Below are positions 9,458 to 18,706 of a DNA stretch of 32,000 nt, piece after piece. The translations under genes were made by a program, and so were the position numbers. The stretch is from an uncultured archaeon. Lineage in GTDB: Archaea > Asgardarchaeota > Thorarchaeia > Thorarchaeales > Thorarchaeaceae. The stretch lies in contig CAYHAA010000001.1 in assembly GCA_964354495.1 (NCBI GenBank), forward strand, positions 338,075 through 370,074, read 5' to 3'. Each line of letters begins with the position of its first letter. Positions within the stretch are counted from its first letter, which is position 1. The notes under the pieces were generated by a model. The model worked only from the letters and a program-made list of their open reading frames with translations. It did not search any database and was not told the DNA's origin.

Positions 9458-9648
9458 TTCCCCCAATCTACAAAGTAGATGATAGTGACTATCAAACTAA
9501 TTAGTCGGGTACCCGAACCAATTCCTTTTTTAGGCAAGCTTTCAGGGTCGTGACCAAGTATACCAAACAAGAGGGCTTCGCGGCTCCATTGAACGAGTAC
9601 AGATTCGTTCACATGAGTGCGAATAGTCCTACCGATGGAGGATAACAC

Positions 9649-11235
9649 TTGTCCGAGTCCCATAAGGGTTGGAAAGATCGTAATTGGTATGTCAGTATCA
9701 CTGGTTTCTGGAAAGAATATCGCAAGCATAGAATTGGGTTAGTCGGCCTTTTTCTGATTATGTTTTTCGTAGGCATGGCGATATTTGCTGAACAATTGGT
9801 CACAAATGATCCATCGCCGCAGGCCAAGGTTGCTCCTACCTATCTTATGCCATCGTGGTTGTCAGTGTTTGATCCCTCAGGTGTTATAACAGGTGACATT
9901 CTGCCAGACCCCGATATAGATCACGAACCGATTGTCGGAGGAAATGGAACTAGTTCTGAGTTCAGCGCACTATATGCTCCCAAAGGCGGTTCGAATCTCG
10001 ATAGTTATGTGAACCTGACATGGGCACATACCGCTGGGACTCAGCTTGACTTTGGAATTGATCCTAACAGTATCCTGCCTGATTATACTGACCTAGCTTA
10101 CTTTGAGCAGAACTTCACTTGGTCATTCAATAGCCGACCAAGTGATGTGAACATGTCTATTACTTTTGGCACAACTCGAACAGGTGATTTTGCTGCCGGC
10201 GCTCAGGCTGGAAATGCCCTCATGTTCCGACTCTATGTTTGGTTTATTGACTCCTCAGGCGAATGGACAAAGGTGTATGAGACAAGAGATGCCACTTTTG
10301 TAGAAGAGATACAAGAGAGGCGGATCAGTCTGAACTACATCAGTATCAAGTCCATTTTTGATGGAACGACGATGACTAATGGCACACAAGCAGATCCAAC
10401 GGATACTATTCGGATGATGGTCGGTCTTGCACCCTATCGTTGGTTCGATAGCAGCTCATATGGCTCTGGCAATTACACCTATCCCTGGCAATACTACAAT
10501 GGCTCAGTGACAGTCAAAGTCACCAAACTGATGATGATTGGCTATGGCGAGTATTTTGGACTATTGGGAACCACAAATTGGGGTGCTGATGCCTATTCAC
10601 AGTTAATCTATGGCAGCAGAATCTCCCTCATTATTGGCGTTCTCGCCACTGGTCTATCGACCGCAGTTGGTGTCATTGTCGGAATGGTCGCAGGCTATTT
10701 TGGCGGCAAGATCGATGAAGTGTTGATGAGAGTTGTCGACTTCCTACTGGTCATTCCGGGTTTGCCGTTGATGATGGTGCTAGCGGCGTTTCTGGGAGCA
10801 AGGATAGAAAACATCATCCTAGTCATCGCAATACTAGGATGGACCGGGACGTCGCGGCTCATACGGTCTCAGGTCTTGGCCGAAAAGAATAAGGCCTACG
10901 TCGAGTCAGCCCGAGCGATTGGTGCCTCTGACACCTACATCATGTTCCGGCATATTTTGCCCAACGTGACACCAATCCTGTTCGCAAATATCACTCTAGG
11001 CGTTGTTGGTGCAATCCTTTCAGAAGCAGGACTGTCATTCCTTGGCCTGACCAATCCTGAAGACCCAAGTTGGGGCAGAATGCTCGCAGATGCAAACACC
11101 GGTGGCGCCTTTAGTAGCGGGGCATGGTGGGTAGTTCTCTTCCCTGGCCTGATGATCACTCTCATCTCACTTGCTTTCACATTCGTGGGGCATACATTAG
11201 ACCAAGTCCTCAACCCACGATTGAGAGAGAGGTAG
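9649..11235 (+). CDS. oppC: Peptide/nickel ABC transporter permease (OppC/DppC type) with a large extracytoplasmic insertion
   Basis: SD GGAGG + TTG; N-terminal FWKEYRKHRIGLVG; LLGTTNWGADAYSQLIYGSRISL; EAA loop YVESARAIGA...RHILPN; SFLGL; SWGRML. Confidence 0.9.
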   Translation: MSESHKGWKDRNWYVSITGFWKEYRKHRIGLVGLFLIMFFVGMAIFAEQLVTNDPSPQAKVAPTYLMPSWLSVFDPSGVITGDILPDPDIDHEPIVGGNGTSSEFSALYAPKGGSNLDSYVNLTWAHTAGTQLDFGIDPNSILPDYTDLAYFEQNFTWSFNSRPSDVNMSITFGTTRTGDFAAGAQAGNALMFRLYVWFIDSSGEWTKVYETRDATFVEEIQERRISLNYISIKSIFDGTTMTNGTQADPTDTIRMMVGLAPYRWFDSSSYGSGNYTYPWQYYNGSVTVKVTKLMMIGYGEYFGLLGTTNWGADAYSQLIYGSRISLIIGVLATGLSTAVGVIVGMVAGYFGGKIDEVLMRVVDFLLVIPGLPLMMVLAAFLGARIENIILVIAILGWTGTSRLIRSQVLAEKNKAYVESARAIGASDTYIMFRHILPNVTPILFANITLGVVGAILSEAGLSFLGLTNPEDPSWGRMLADANTGGAFSSGAWWVVLFPGLMITLISLAFTFVGHTLDQVLNPRLRER

Positions 11236-11248
11236 AAACGGATGTCAA

Positions 11249-11289
11249 GATAGGAGGCTGTCCGCCTTCCTATCCCTCCCCTTTTTTTT
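11249..11289 (+). terminator. Hairpin + C-rich spacer + T8 after oppC
   Basis: GATAGGAGGC-tgtcc-GCCTTCCTATC (one bulge), then CCTCCCC and TTTTTTTT. Confidence 0.55.
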
Positions 11290-11406
11290 GCCATTTCTTC
11301 CTTTCGTCAGCCGAGAGCACTACGCTTATTAGGTAGTTGTTTGATGTTTTGCCCGTAACGGTACTTAGTATCTCTATGTACTGGACGAATTGGAGTGAGT
11401 CTAGTA

Positions 11407-12468
11407 ATGGGACTTCGAGAATATGTCATTCGACGGTCAATCTACATGTTTCTGCTTGTAGTGGCTGTTGTCTGTTTCAACTTCTTCCTGTTCAGACTCC
11501 CGACATTCCTCTTTGGGGCCAGTCCGGTTAGCCTGATGCTCAGCGACGAACTTCGCCGCAACCTGACACAGGAGCTTCTAGAGCAGATGTATTTGAACTT
11601 TGGTCTTGTACCCGATCCTGACATTTTCGACTGGATCTACATGTTCTGGAGGTACGTTGTCAGCATGTTCACAGGCAACTTCGGAGTCTCCTTCTTGACC
11701 CAGCGACCCGTGATGGACTCTATTGTGGAGCGCCTGCCAAACACCTTGTTGCTAATGGGTACATCCTCAATGGTTTCCATACTCTTGGGAATCTGGACCG
11801 GTGTGAAGGTAGCTGCCGACCCTGGGTCTCGAAAGGATGTCGGCGCAGTCACTTTGGCTTTATTCATCTATGCCCTGCCTGTGTTTTGGCTGGGCATGAT
11901 GCTCTTGCTGGTCTTTGGCTTCATGCTTCCAGAGTGGACTGATGCCATGTGGGGCGTCCGCATCGGGTTCCCGCAGTTTGGCACTATCAGCTATGAAGTG
12001 TGGGAGGTCGCGAGGACCAACCCATTTGGTGCACTGATGGTCGCAGGCGACTTGCTTCACCATCTAATCCTGCCAATGATCACTCTTGGCATAGGTGGAT
12101 ACGGTGGATACTTCCTCTACATGCGGAACAACCTGATAGACGTCATGACAGAGGACTACATCTTAACAGCACGTGCAAAGGGTCTAGATGAGAATCAGGT
12201 GCTCTACAAACACGGCCTGAAGAATGCCATGCTTCCAATGGTCACTATCATTGCGATGAACTTCGGTTTCCTCATTAATGGAGCAACACTTACGGAAACG
12301 GTATTCACTTGGAGAGGATTAGGGCGGTTCATATTTGAGAGTCTGTTGCTAATGGACTATCCTGTTATCCAGACAATCTTCATGATTATCGCAATAACTG
12401 CAATATTGGCCAACTTTGTTGCAGACCTGTTATATGGCGTCTTGGATCCCCGAATCAAATACGGGTAG
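11407..12468 (+). CDS. oppB: Peptide/nickel ABC transporter permease (OppB/DppB type)
   Basis: GNFGVSF, RLPNTLLL, PVFWLG, HLILP, EDYILTARAKGL, KHGLKNAMLP, DLLYGVLDPRIK. Start at ATG 11407 after SD GGAGTGA. Confidence 0.92.
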   Translation: MGLREYVIRRSIYMFLLVVAVVCFNFFLFRLPTFLFGASPVSLMLSDELRRNLTQELLEQMYLNFGLVPDPDIFDWIYMFWRYVVSMFTGNFGVSFLTQRPVMDSIVERLPNTLLLMGTSSMVSILLGIWTGVKVAADPGSRKDVGAVTLALFIYALPVFWLGMMLLLVFGFMLPEWTDAMWGVRIGFPQFGTISYEVWEVARTNPFGALMVAGDLLHHLILPMITLGIGGYGGYFLYMRNNLIDVMTEDYILTARAKGLDENQVLYKHGLKNAMLPMVTIIAMNFGFLINGATLTETVFTWRGLGRFIFESLLLMDYPVIQTIFMIIAITAILANFVADLLYGVLDPRIKYG

Positions 12469-12482
12469 TCAACGAACTGAGC

Positions 12483-12520
12483 GGGTCGCGTTTTGCTCGA
12501 CCCCTCTCTCGCTTTTTTCT
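12483..12520 (+). terminator. Hairpin + CT-rich spacer + oligo-T after oppB
   Basis: GGGTCG-N9-CGACCC, then CTCTCTCGC and TTTTTT. Confidence 0.45.
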
Positions 12521-12718
12521 TGTTCTCATATGGCATGTTTCACAGTGACGATAGCAATCATTTCGTTGTTCTATTTTTTTATTCGACCAGCATCTAACTA
12601 TCATTTTGCTATGTTCAGATGTACTCAACGCTTACAGAATACGCAATGCTTTTATTGACCGCTGGCAAGGCCCTCTCATCCGAATTCGACTCGGAAGGAA
12701 AGGAGATAGAGAGAAAAC

Positions 12719-14575
12719 ATGCTTTCTAAAAGTAACAAGAGACTGCTAGCTATCACCTTTGCCGCTGCTTTCTTTCTCATGGCAGTATCCCCTGCTTTTG
12801 TACAAGCCGTGGATCCTTATAATTGGGAATTGAAAACCGGCCCATATGTAGACAAGATCGTCTACAAGGTGATAAATAGCCAGGACCAAAGGGTTTTGGC
12901 AATGCTGGCTGGAGAAATCGAAATGGACAACAGTTTCTTCGACCCAGTGCATTACGAAACTCTTGATAATGACCCAGACATTGATATATTCAGTGCTCTG
13001 AGAAACGGCTATGGCCACATCACAATCAACTGTCGCGATGCACCTCTGAATGAGAGTGTTCTGAGAAGAGCCTTCGCTTTTGCGTTTGATAAGGAAAGGG
13101 TCAGTGCTGAAGTCTTGGATGGTTATTCCCAGACTCACGACTCCTTGGTACCTTATCCAAATGGATGGTGCATTGAAGAGGAGTTCACCGATCGCTACTA
13201 CACTGCTCAGGTAACTAAGGGCAATGAAATTCTCAACGCCTCTGGTCTATTCGGTTATGGACCGGGCGGCTGGAGGCAATACAAGGGTCAAACAATCAAC
13301 ACGATTGAAATCGAGTACTCATCCTCCTCAGTTGAGATTGCTGGTGGTACCGCACAGGTCGGTGTTGATGCCCTGCTAGCGCTCGGTATTCCTGCTGTAA
13401 CAAAGGCAGCTGAATTCAACGAGTACATCTCAAGGCTGGACTCTCATGGTGATTACGACATGGTCTTCTATGCTCTGAACTTCTATAGCAACGATGTTGA
13501 CTGGCTTGCGTACGAGTTCTGGTCAGAGTATGCTGACACACCATACCAGAATCCAACTAACTTCAGGAACGCAACCTACGATTCATGCAGACAGCAACTG
13601 CTCTACGGTACGACCTATGATGAGGTCTACAATGCGTCAGCCTGGATGCAGAGGATTCTCCAGTACAACGTTCCAAGACTGGTTGCCTATGAGAATACCT
13701 ACAACCAAGCCTACAGGAATGACAAGTTCACTGGACATGTTTCTGATCTTGGTAGATACATTGTTGGTCCTTGGACCATGAGAAAGGTACACCTGATCGA
13801 TGGAACCATGGGTGGTACATTACCCATCGCCATCAGTGAGGAACCTGACAGCTTCAATATCTATGTCACGAACTCTGCCTACTCCGCAGCAGTCCTAGAG
13901 AACCTGTGGCCATCACTCTACAGCTTTGGTCCGGACCTCAATCCATTCCCAGACCTGGCCGAGAACCTGCTCACTGAAACACATGCTGACAATCCTGCAG
14001 TCCCCGCAGGTCATACTCGGTTCACCGTCGATATTGTCCAGAATGCAACTTGGAGCGATGGTGTGCCTCTGACTGCCGACGATGTAGCATTCTCAATGAC
14101 CTATGCCTTTGAAAGCTATGTCTATGGTAACCCGGCCGGAACTGATATTGGTGACTTGGTCGCAGCCTACGCACCAACTCCATACAGAGTTGTCATTGAG
14201 TTCAGCACTGAGTCATACTGGCACTTCTCCAACTTCGCCTACGACACTGTCATACCCAAGCACATCTTCAACGATGTTGATGGGATTGGATATGCCGGTT
14301 GGAACACATGGAACCCAGTATTTGATCCAGCCGAGCCCAACGTGAACTGTGGACCCTTCAAGTTCACCGACTTTGAGGTCGGCGAGTTCTATGAAGTAAC
14401 ATGGAACCCAGCCTTCTACTTCGGTATTGACCACCCAGAACCAACAACCACCACAACCACAACTACAAGCGGTGGAGTTGCTCCTGTTGATTGGACATTG
14501 GCCCTTGTAGCTGGAGCTGTTGGAGCTGCAGTCGTTATTCTCGTTGGTGGCTTTGTGCTACTCAGACAGAAGTAA
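12719..14575 (+). CDS. oppA: Family-5 ABC solute-binding protein (OppA/DppA-like), circularly permuted, with signal peptide, Thr-rich linker and C-terminal TM anchor
   Basis: Signal peptide (MLSKSNKRLLAITF...VQA); family-5 motifs LAGEIEM, LRRAFAFAFDK, SDGVPLTADDVAFS and CGPFK present but in permuted order; T8 linker; TM LALVAGAVGAAVVILVGGFVLL followed by RQK. Confidence 0.88.
   Translation: MLSKSNKRLLAITFAAAFFLMAVSPAFVQAVDPYNWELKTGPYVDKIVYKVINSQDQRVLAMLAGEIEMDNSFFDPVHYETLDNDPDIDIFSALRNGYGHITINCRDAPLNESVLRRAFAFAFDKERVSAEVLDGYSQTHDSLVPYPNGWCIEEEFTDRYYTAQVTKGNEILNASGLFGYGPGGWRQYKGQTINTIEIEYSSSSVEIAGGTAQVGVDALLALGIPAVTKAAEFNEYISRLDSHGDYDMVFYALNFYSNDVDWLAYEFWSEYADTPYQNPTNFRNATYDSCRQQLLYGTTYDEVYNASAWMQRILQYNVPRLVAYENTYNQAYRNDKFTGHVSDLGRYIVGPWTMRKVHLIDGTMGGTLPIAISEEPDSFNIYVTNSAYSAAVLENLWPSLYSFGPDLNPFPDLAENLLTETHADNPAVPAGHTRFTVDIVQNATWSDGVPLTADDVAFSMTYAFESYVYGNPAGTDIGDLVAAYAPTPYRVVIEFSTESYWHFSNFAYDTVIPKHIFNDVDGIGYAGWNTWNPVFDPAEPNVNCGPFKFTDFEVGEFYEVTWNPAFYFGIDHPEPTTTTTTTTSGGVAPVDWTLALVAGAVGAAVVILVGGFVLLRQK
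14444..14467 (+). repeat. ACN codon repeat encoding the poly-Thr (T8) linker
   Basis: aca acc acc aca acc aca act aca immediately before the membrane anchor of OppA. Confidence 0.8.
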
Positions 14576-14588
14576 GCTAATGTAAAAT

Positions 14589-14623
14589 AGGGGACAGCTG
14601 TCCCCTCCCCCTTTTCTTTTTTT
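14589..14623 (+). terminator. Perfect 18-bp palindrome + C5 + oligo-T after oppA
   Basis: AGGGGACAGCTGTCCCCT followed by CCCCCTTTTCTTTTTTT. Confidence 0.6.
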
Positions 14624-14721
14624 CATCATCTTTTACATACCTTCATGCGATGGTTGAATAGATTCCTTCATTGCGTTGAAGAGAGCCTCTTTAATGGAAT
14701 GAGCACCAAAAGCCAAGAGGA

Positions 14722-15603
14722 ATGACCGTGATGAACATCAACCAATCTCGGCTAACGATACTAGTTGTTTCAGCACTTCCCTTGGCAATTGGCACGGTCT
14801 TGGCGATTCTTGTTCTCGATACAGCCACAATAGGCGACATACTACTGATCAATACGAGGCCAACTACACTAGGAGAACTTGCGATCCAGACTGGAGTATC
14901 TGTTGGTCTGGGGACACTAATCCTCTTCTCGCTATTCTACGCTATGGAGCGGCGGGGCCCCGGTACAAAGAGGGCCTTAGTCGCTCTCGTAGTTTCACCA
15001 ATCCTGACTGCTTCATTCTTCCTGCTAGGGCAATCCTTGCTGTTCATCCTCTTCAGGGGAACATCGACCTCAATACTTCCGAGTCTGCTCTCCTTTGCCT
15101 CTCTTGGAGTTCTGCTCATGTCGTTCGTGTTCATCATGATGGATTCCGTTCCGCCGCTGATGAAGAACATCTTCGTAGCCTTCTACGGGAGTGTCTTCGG
15201 AACATTTCTAGGAGTAATGTCGATAACTGCAAGCATGTTTGTCTTGGTGGTAGTCGTTGTTCTGGAGGACTTCCTCCTTACTCGCTACTCTCCGGCAGCG
15301 CAAGCTGTAGCGTTGATTGAGACGCCTGGCAATGATCCCTTTGACTATGCGAGAATCCAGACCAAGGGTGCAGCTGTCGGAGCAGGTGATTTCATTGCCT
15401 TCTCACTGGTTGCAGCTCATTCTCTCATTTTCTTTCCAATCTATGTCTGGGCCATGTCAGTCGTGTTAGCTCTCGTAGGTATCACCATCAATGCTACCGT
15501 CTTGGCTAAGGAGAACAGGATTCTCCCAGGGATTCCACTTCCTGCACTGCTCTCACTCTTCCCATGGGCCGCCCACATTGTGACCTACGCTCTCCTCATC
15601 TGA
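14722..15603 (+). CDS. Presenilin/signal-peptide-peptidase-like GxGD intramembrane aspartyl protease
   Basis: About 9 TM helices; first catalytic Asp in VLEDFLL (YD position), GAGDF (GxGD), and C-terminal LPGIP at the PAL/PGL position. Confidence 0.75.
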   Translation: MTVMNINQSRLTILVVSALPLAIGTVLAILVLDTATIGDILLINTRPTTLGELAIQTGVSVGLGTLILFSLFYAMERRGPGTKRALVALVVSPILTASFFLLGQSLLFILFRGTSTSILPSLLSFASLGVLLMSFVFIMMDSVPPLMKNIFVAFYGSVFGTFLGVMSITASMFVLVVVVVLEDFLLTRYSPAAQAVALIETPGNDPFDYARIQTKGAAVGAGDFIAFSLVAAHSLIFFPIYVWAMSVVLALVGITINATVLAKENRILPGIPLPALLSLFPWAAHIVTYALLI

Positions 15604-15662
15604 TAGCTGCGTAAAGCACAAGCCAAATATGTTTCAAACAAACAGCAAAGGCTTGAAACAAC

Positions 15663-16205
15663 ATGATTGCGAGCGAACGGTCTCAGAACATCATCATAGC
15701 TCTTACCATAGCAACCGCGATTATTGGTTCTGGATTCATGGTAGGAAATGCCTACTATTATGGAGGTACCTATGTCTTGACTGAGCGATTGGATGCCAGT
15801 CTGGCAGCTATCCATGTGAGTAATGTTGACCTTGGCAATTTGTCAGTAAGGCCTCTGATCTCTCTCACCTTTAACATGAAAACGACTGCACAGGTCGAAG
15901 GAAATGCAAGAATCACTTTTCTTGGTGCAACATTATGGTTGAATAACGACCTTCTATCACTCATGGCATTTGCATCCACTCCCAGTCTTGCTAATCAGTA
16001 TCTTCGTTCTGGCTATAACAAAAACGTGACCATGAGTCAGAGTGCAGGTCCTCCTGATGACATCCAAGCAATCTGGGATGCATACAATACCTCCACGTGG
16101 GCATGGAACGTCACCCTCAGGTATTCCATGATAGTCTTCGACGTGTCTAACACAATCACATGGCGCTTCCTTGATTTTTACACGACGGATTTCATATTGG
16201 CCTAA
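15663..16205 (+). CDS. N-terminally anchored exported protein, LEA_2/WHy-like beta-sandwich
   Basis: Single N-terminal TM (IIIALTIATAIIGSGFMV), strand-rich remainder, four N-x-S/T sequons (NLS, NVT, NTS, NVT). Confidence 0.5.
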   Translation: MIASERSQNIIIALTIATAIIGSGFMVGNAYYYGGTYVLTERLDASLAAIHVSNVDLGNLSVRPLISLTFNMKTTAQVEGNARITFLGATLWLNNDLLSLMAFASTPSLANQYLRSGYNKNVTMSQSAGPPDDIQAIWDAYNTSTWAWNVTLRYSMIVFDVSNTITWRFLDFYTTDFILA

Positions 16206-16214
16206 TGGCAGAAT

Positions 16215-17246
16215 CTAATTCCTTGGGGCAGTCCTCTTCTTTAGTTCAGTGATTCTCTCCACGCCAAGAGCGTCCACTCCCTGCAACTCTGCGAGCTCGA
16301 CAGATAGCATGTCAAGATAATGAGTCAAAATGAGCATCTTCTCGACAATCGAACTGCCTGATGCCTTCAGGCTAACAGGATTCATATTCAGATCATTGCA
16401 GAGATCTACCACCGCGTCCAGTTGCCGCTTCACCTGCACTGCTTCGCCTTCTTGCCTAAGGAAAACAGGTAGGATGTAATCTTGCTGTCTACTCTGGAAT
16501 CCCTCAATTTCATTGTGTGTTGCTTCTGGCATCTCCAGACTGAAAGCCATCATCTTTGAGTTCTCATTGACTTGGCACTTTGCTCGATATGCAACGGGTC
16601 TCAAGTAACGAGCTCCTATGAATAGTGGAATCTTGCCACGAATCTTGCCAGCTGTCGCAGATGGTGAGGGAATCCATTCTCCCCATTTCTCTGCTGCAGC
16701 TGTCAAATCCATAGCAATCTCGTCGAACTCTGTAGGAGTCAGCCCAGTAAGCGACTGTGAGGCCCTCAGCGCTGCAGAGAACAGAAGTGGAAGTGCTGCT
16801 CTTGGCTGCAAACCTCTTTGGATGAAGATTTGAGGATGACGATCATAGTCAGTTTTCATCTGCCCTCCCGAAGTGATAGTAAGGATTTTCGAACCTCTCT
16901 CATTTGCCTGTTTGAGAGCAGAGAGCGTTTCTTCAGTATTGCCAGAATAGCTGACTGCTATGGTTGCCCAGTCCTTTGTCACATATCTCGGAAGGTCATA
17001 ATCTCTTTCAATACAAATCGGTATGAGTGCCTCATGACATAGGACCTCTCTCACATAGTTGCCAACAATTGCGCTGCCACCCATGCCTAGAAAACAGAGT
17101 CCCTCGATGCCCTGCTCGTTGAATTCTCTCGCTCTCTCAATTATCTCTGGGTCGATATCAGTGAGTGTTAGCATCTGTGCGAAATGAGAGACCATGCTTT
17201 TCATGTCTGCCAAGTCTAGTGTTTTTGGAAGCTTCCGCATGGCCAT
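16215..17246 (-). CDS. Bifunctional phosphoglucose/phosphomannose isomerase (SIS fold)
   Basis: GMGGSAI, SYSGNTEET, TSGG, QPRAA, ENSK and PEATHNEIEG motifs. Start at ATG 17246 or 17240, just downstream of TTTAAG (17270-17265); the ORF-track extension is unlikely. Confidence 0.88.
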   Translation of the reverse strand: MAMRKLPKTLDLADMKSMVSHFAQMLTLTDIDPEIIERAREFNEQGIEGLCFLGMGGSAIVGNYVREVLCHEALIPICIERDYDLPRYVTKDWATIAVSYSGNTEETLSALKQANERGSKILTITSGGQMKTDYDRHPQIFIQRGLQPRAALPLLFSAALRASQSLTGLTPTEFDEIAMDLTAAAEKWGEWIPSPSATAGKIRGKIPLFIGARYLRPVAYRAKCQVNENSKMMAFSLEMPEATHNEIEGFQSRQQDYILPVFLRQEGEAVQVKRQLDAVVDLCNDLNMNPVSLKASGSSIVEKMLILTHYLDMLSVELAELQGVDALGVERITELKKRTAPRN

Positions 17247-17509
17247 CGCAATGGACGCTCTTCCCTTAAAGGTAATCGCATTAGTACTTGCCTCCTTTCC
17301 CAACAGGAATGGGCTCTGTGTGAAAAGTCAATGATAGCGTAATGATCAGAACAATTCGCGTCATATCATGTACGGATCCTACACTCATTATTCCTTTTCT
17401 GACCGTACCAATTCATAGTTGCTGACTTTTCACACAGAGCCACAGGAATGAGAAGACTAAAGTACGGGATACATCATCTTCGCGTTCTCAGTAGCCTGGA
17501 GGATTCAAA

Positions 17510-18037
17510 ATGGGTGTCATGAAGACAGCAGCAGTAAAGGGGATCATCCCACCTGGTAACAAGGTCGGAGAACTCCGATCCAATATTATTCGGCTCATAA
17601 CCGAGACTTCAGCAGTTCTAGAGCGACGTTTTGGAGCTGCCGGCCTTGAAGCAGTTGGGGAGATCTTTAGAACATTAGGTGAACAGGATGCCAAGACTAT
17701 GAAGACGCGCCTAGGTTTTGGAGATACGTTGAAAGACTCTCTTGATGCTTGGCTTGTTATTGCTCATATTATGGGATCAAAGATGGAACCAAACTGGGTC
17801 TCAGAGAACCGAGTAGAAGTGAGTCACAGCTATTGCCCACAGTACGAGGAATTCCTCAAGCATGGGAAGCTGTACTGTACACATGCCTGTCTTCCGTATG
17901 TTGGTGCGGTAGGAGAGAACATTGGCAAGGGCGTGAAGATGGAAGTGGTACGGGCTGCTGATGAGAACGCACCGTGTGTCAAGGCTCTAGCTGTTCCCGC
18001 AAAGGACAGTGAGCGAGTTGAAAAGGGAAAACATTAG
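17510..18037 (+). CDS. ATC-hydrolase/V4R-like domain protein with four conserved Cys
   Basis: SD GGAGG; helical N-half followed by SYCPQY...YCTHAC...APCV, the C-x-C-x3-C...C pattern of V4R/ATC-hydrolase-like folds. Confidence 0.55.
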   Translation: MGVMKTAAVKGIIPPGNKVGELRSNIIRLITETSAVLERRFGAAGLEAVGEIFRTLGEQDAKTMKTRLGFGDTLKDSLDAWLVIAHIMGSKMEPNWVSENRVEVSHSYCPQYEEFLKHGKLYCTHACLPYVGAVGENIGKGVKMEVVRAADENAPCVKALAVPAKDSERVEKGKH

Positions 18038-18668
18038 ACTCCCCACTGACTCCTCATCACTCGCCTGTGTTCTATCACAACCTGATCAAGAGCCCAACGG
18101 GGCAGTCGTCCTGCTCCATCCCCATCCTCTCTACGGGGGAGATAAGGACAATCAAGTAGTGAAAGACCTGGATGAGGTCTTTCTTCAACTGGGTTTTGCG
18201 ACACTACGTTTTGATTTCAGAGGTGTTCATGGAGGATACGCTGGGATTGCTGGGGCTGTGGAGGACACCTACCATGCCATCGAGCTACTCGAAAGTTATG
18301 AACTTCAAACATTGGGACTAGCGGGCTATTCCTTTGGAGGTTCGACAGCATTACGTGTAGCCTCCTCTAGGCCAATGACTTTCTTGGTGTCCTTGAGTGC
18401 TTCATTTGACCTGTTTCTTGAGGGTGGGTATAATGCATCAACATTATCTCTAATACACTGTTCAACTCTTCTCTTCCATGGTCAATCGGACACATCTGTC
18501 CCTCATACTGATTTACGAATGTTTGCCCGTATGATAACAGGTGCTAGAGCGGTTTCATTACAGAATGAGAATCATTTCTATCAGGCATCAATGCAGACTG
18601 TGAGTGACGAAATTCGTTCATTCGTATCTGGATTATCAAGAAGGGTAGCTGCTGAAAGGTATCCTTAA
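18009..18668 (+). CDS. Alpha/beta-fold hydrolase
   Basis: HPHPLYGGDKDNQVV, LRFDFRG, nucleophile elbow GYSFG, DTSVP, ENHF triad; overlaps the upstream gene by 29 nt. Confidence 0.88.
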   Translation: MSELKRENIRLPTDSSSLACVLSQPDQEPNGAVVLLHPHPLYGGDKDNQVVKDLDEVFLQLGFATLRFDFRGVHGGYAGIAGAVEDTYHAIELLESYELQTLGLAGYSFGGSTALRVASSRPMTFLVSLSASFDLFLEGGYNASTLSLIHCSTLLFHGQSDTSVPHTDLRMFARMITGARAVSLQNENHFYQASMQTVSDEIRSFVSGLSRRVAAERYP

Positions 18669-18706
18669 GTAGCGAGTTTTTTTTGAATTCAAATCGGTGG
18701 CTCAAG

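Noticed and set aside
9988-9997. GGTTCGAATC, a tRNA T-loop-like sequence (also at 26614-26623)
   Set aside because: Both lie inside well-supported CDSs, and no flanking acceptor, D or anticodon stems could be built.
14444-14467. Thr-codon repeat as a VNTR or phase-variation site
   Set aside because: Third positions vary; this is an ordinary archaeal S/T-rich linker.
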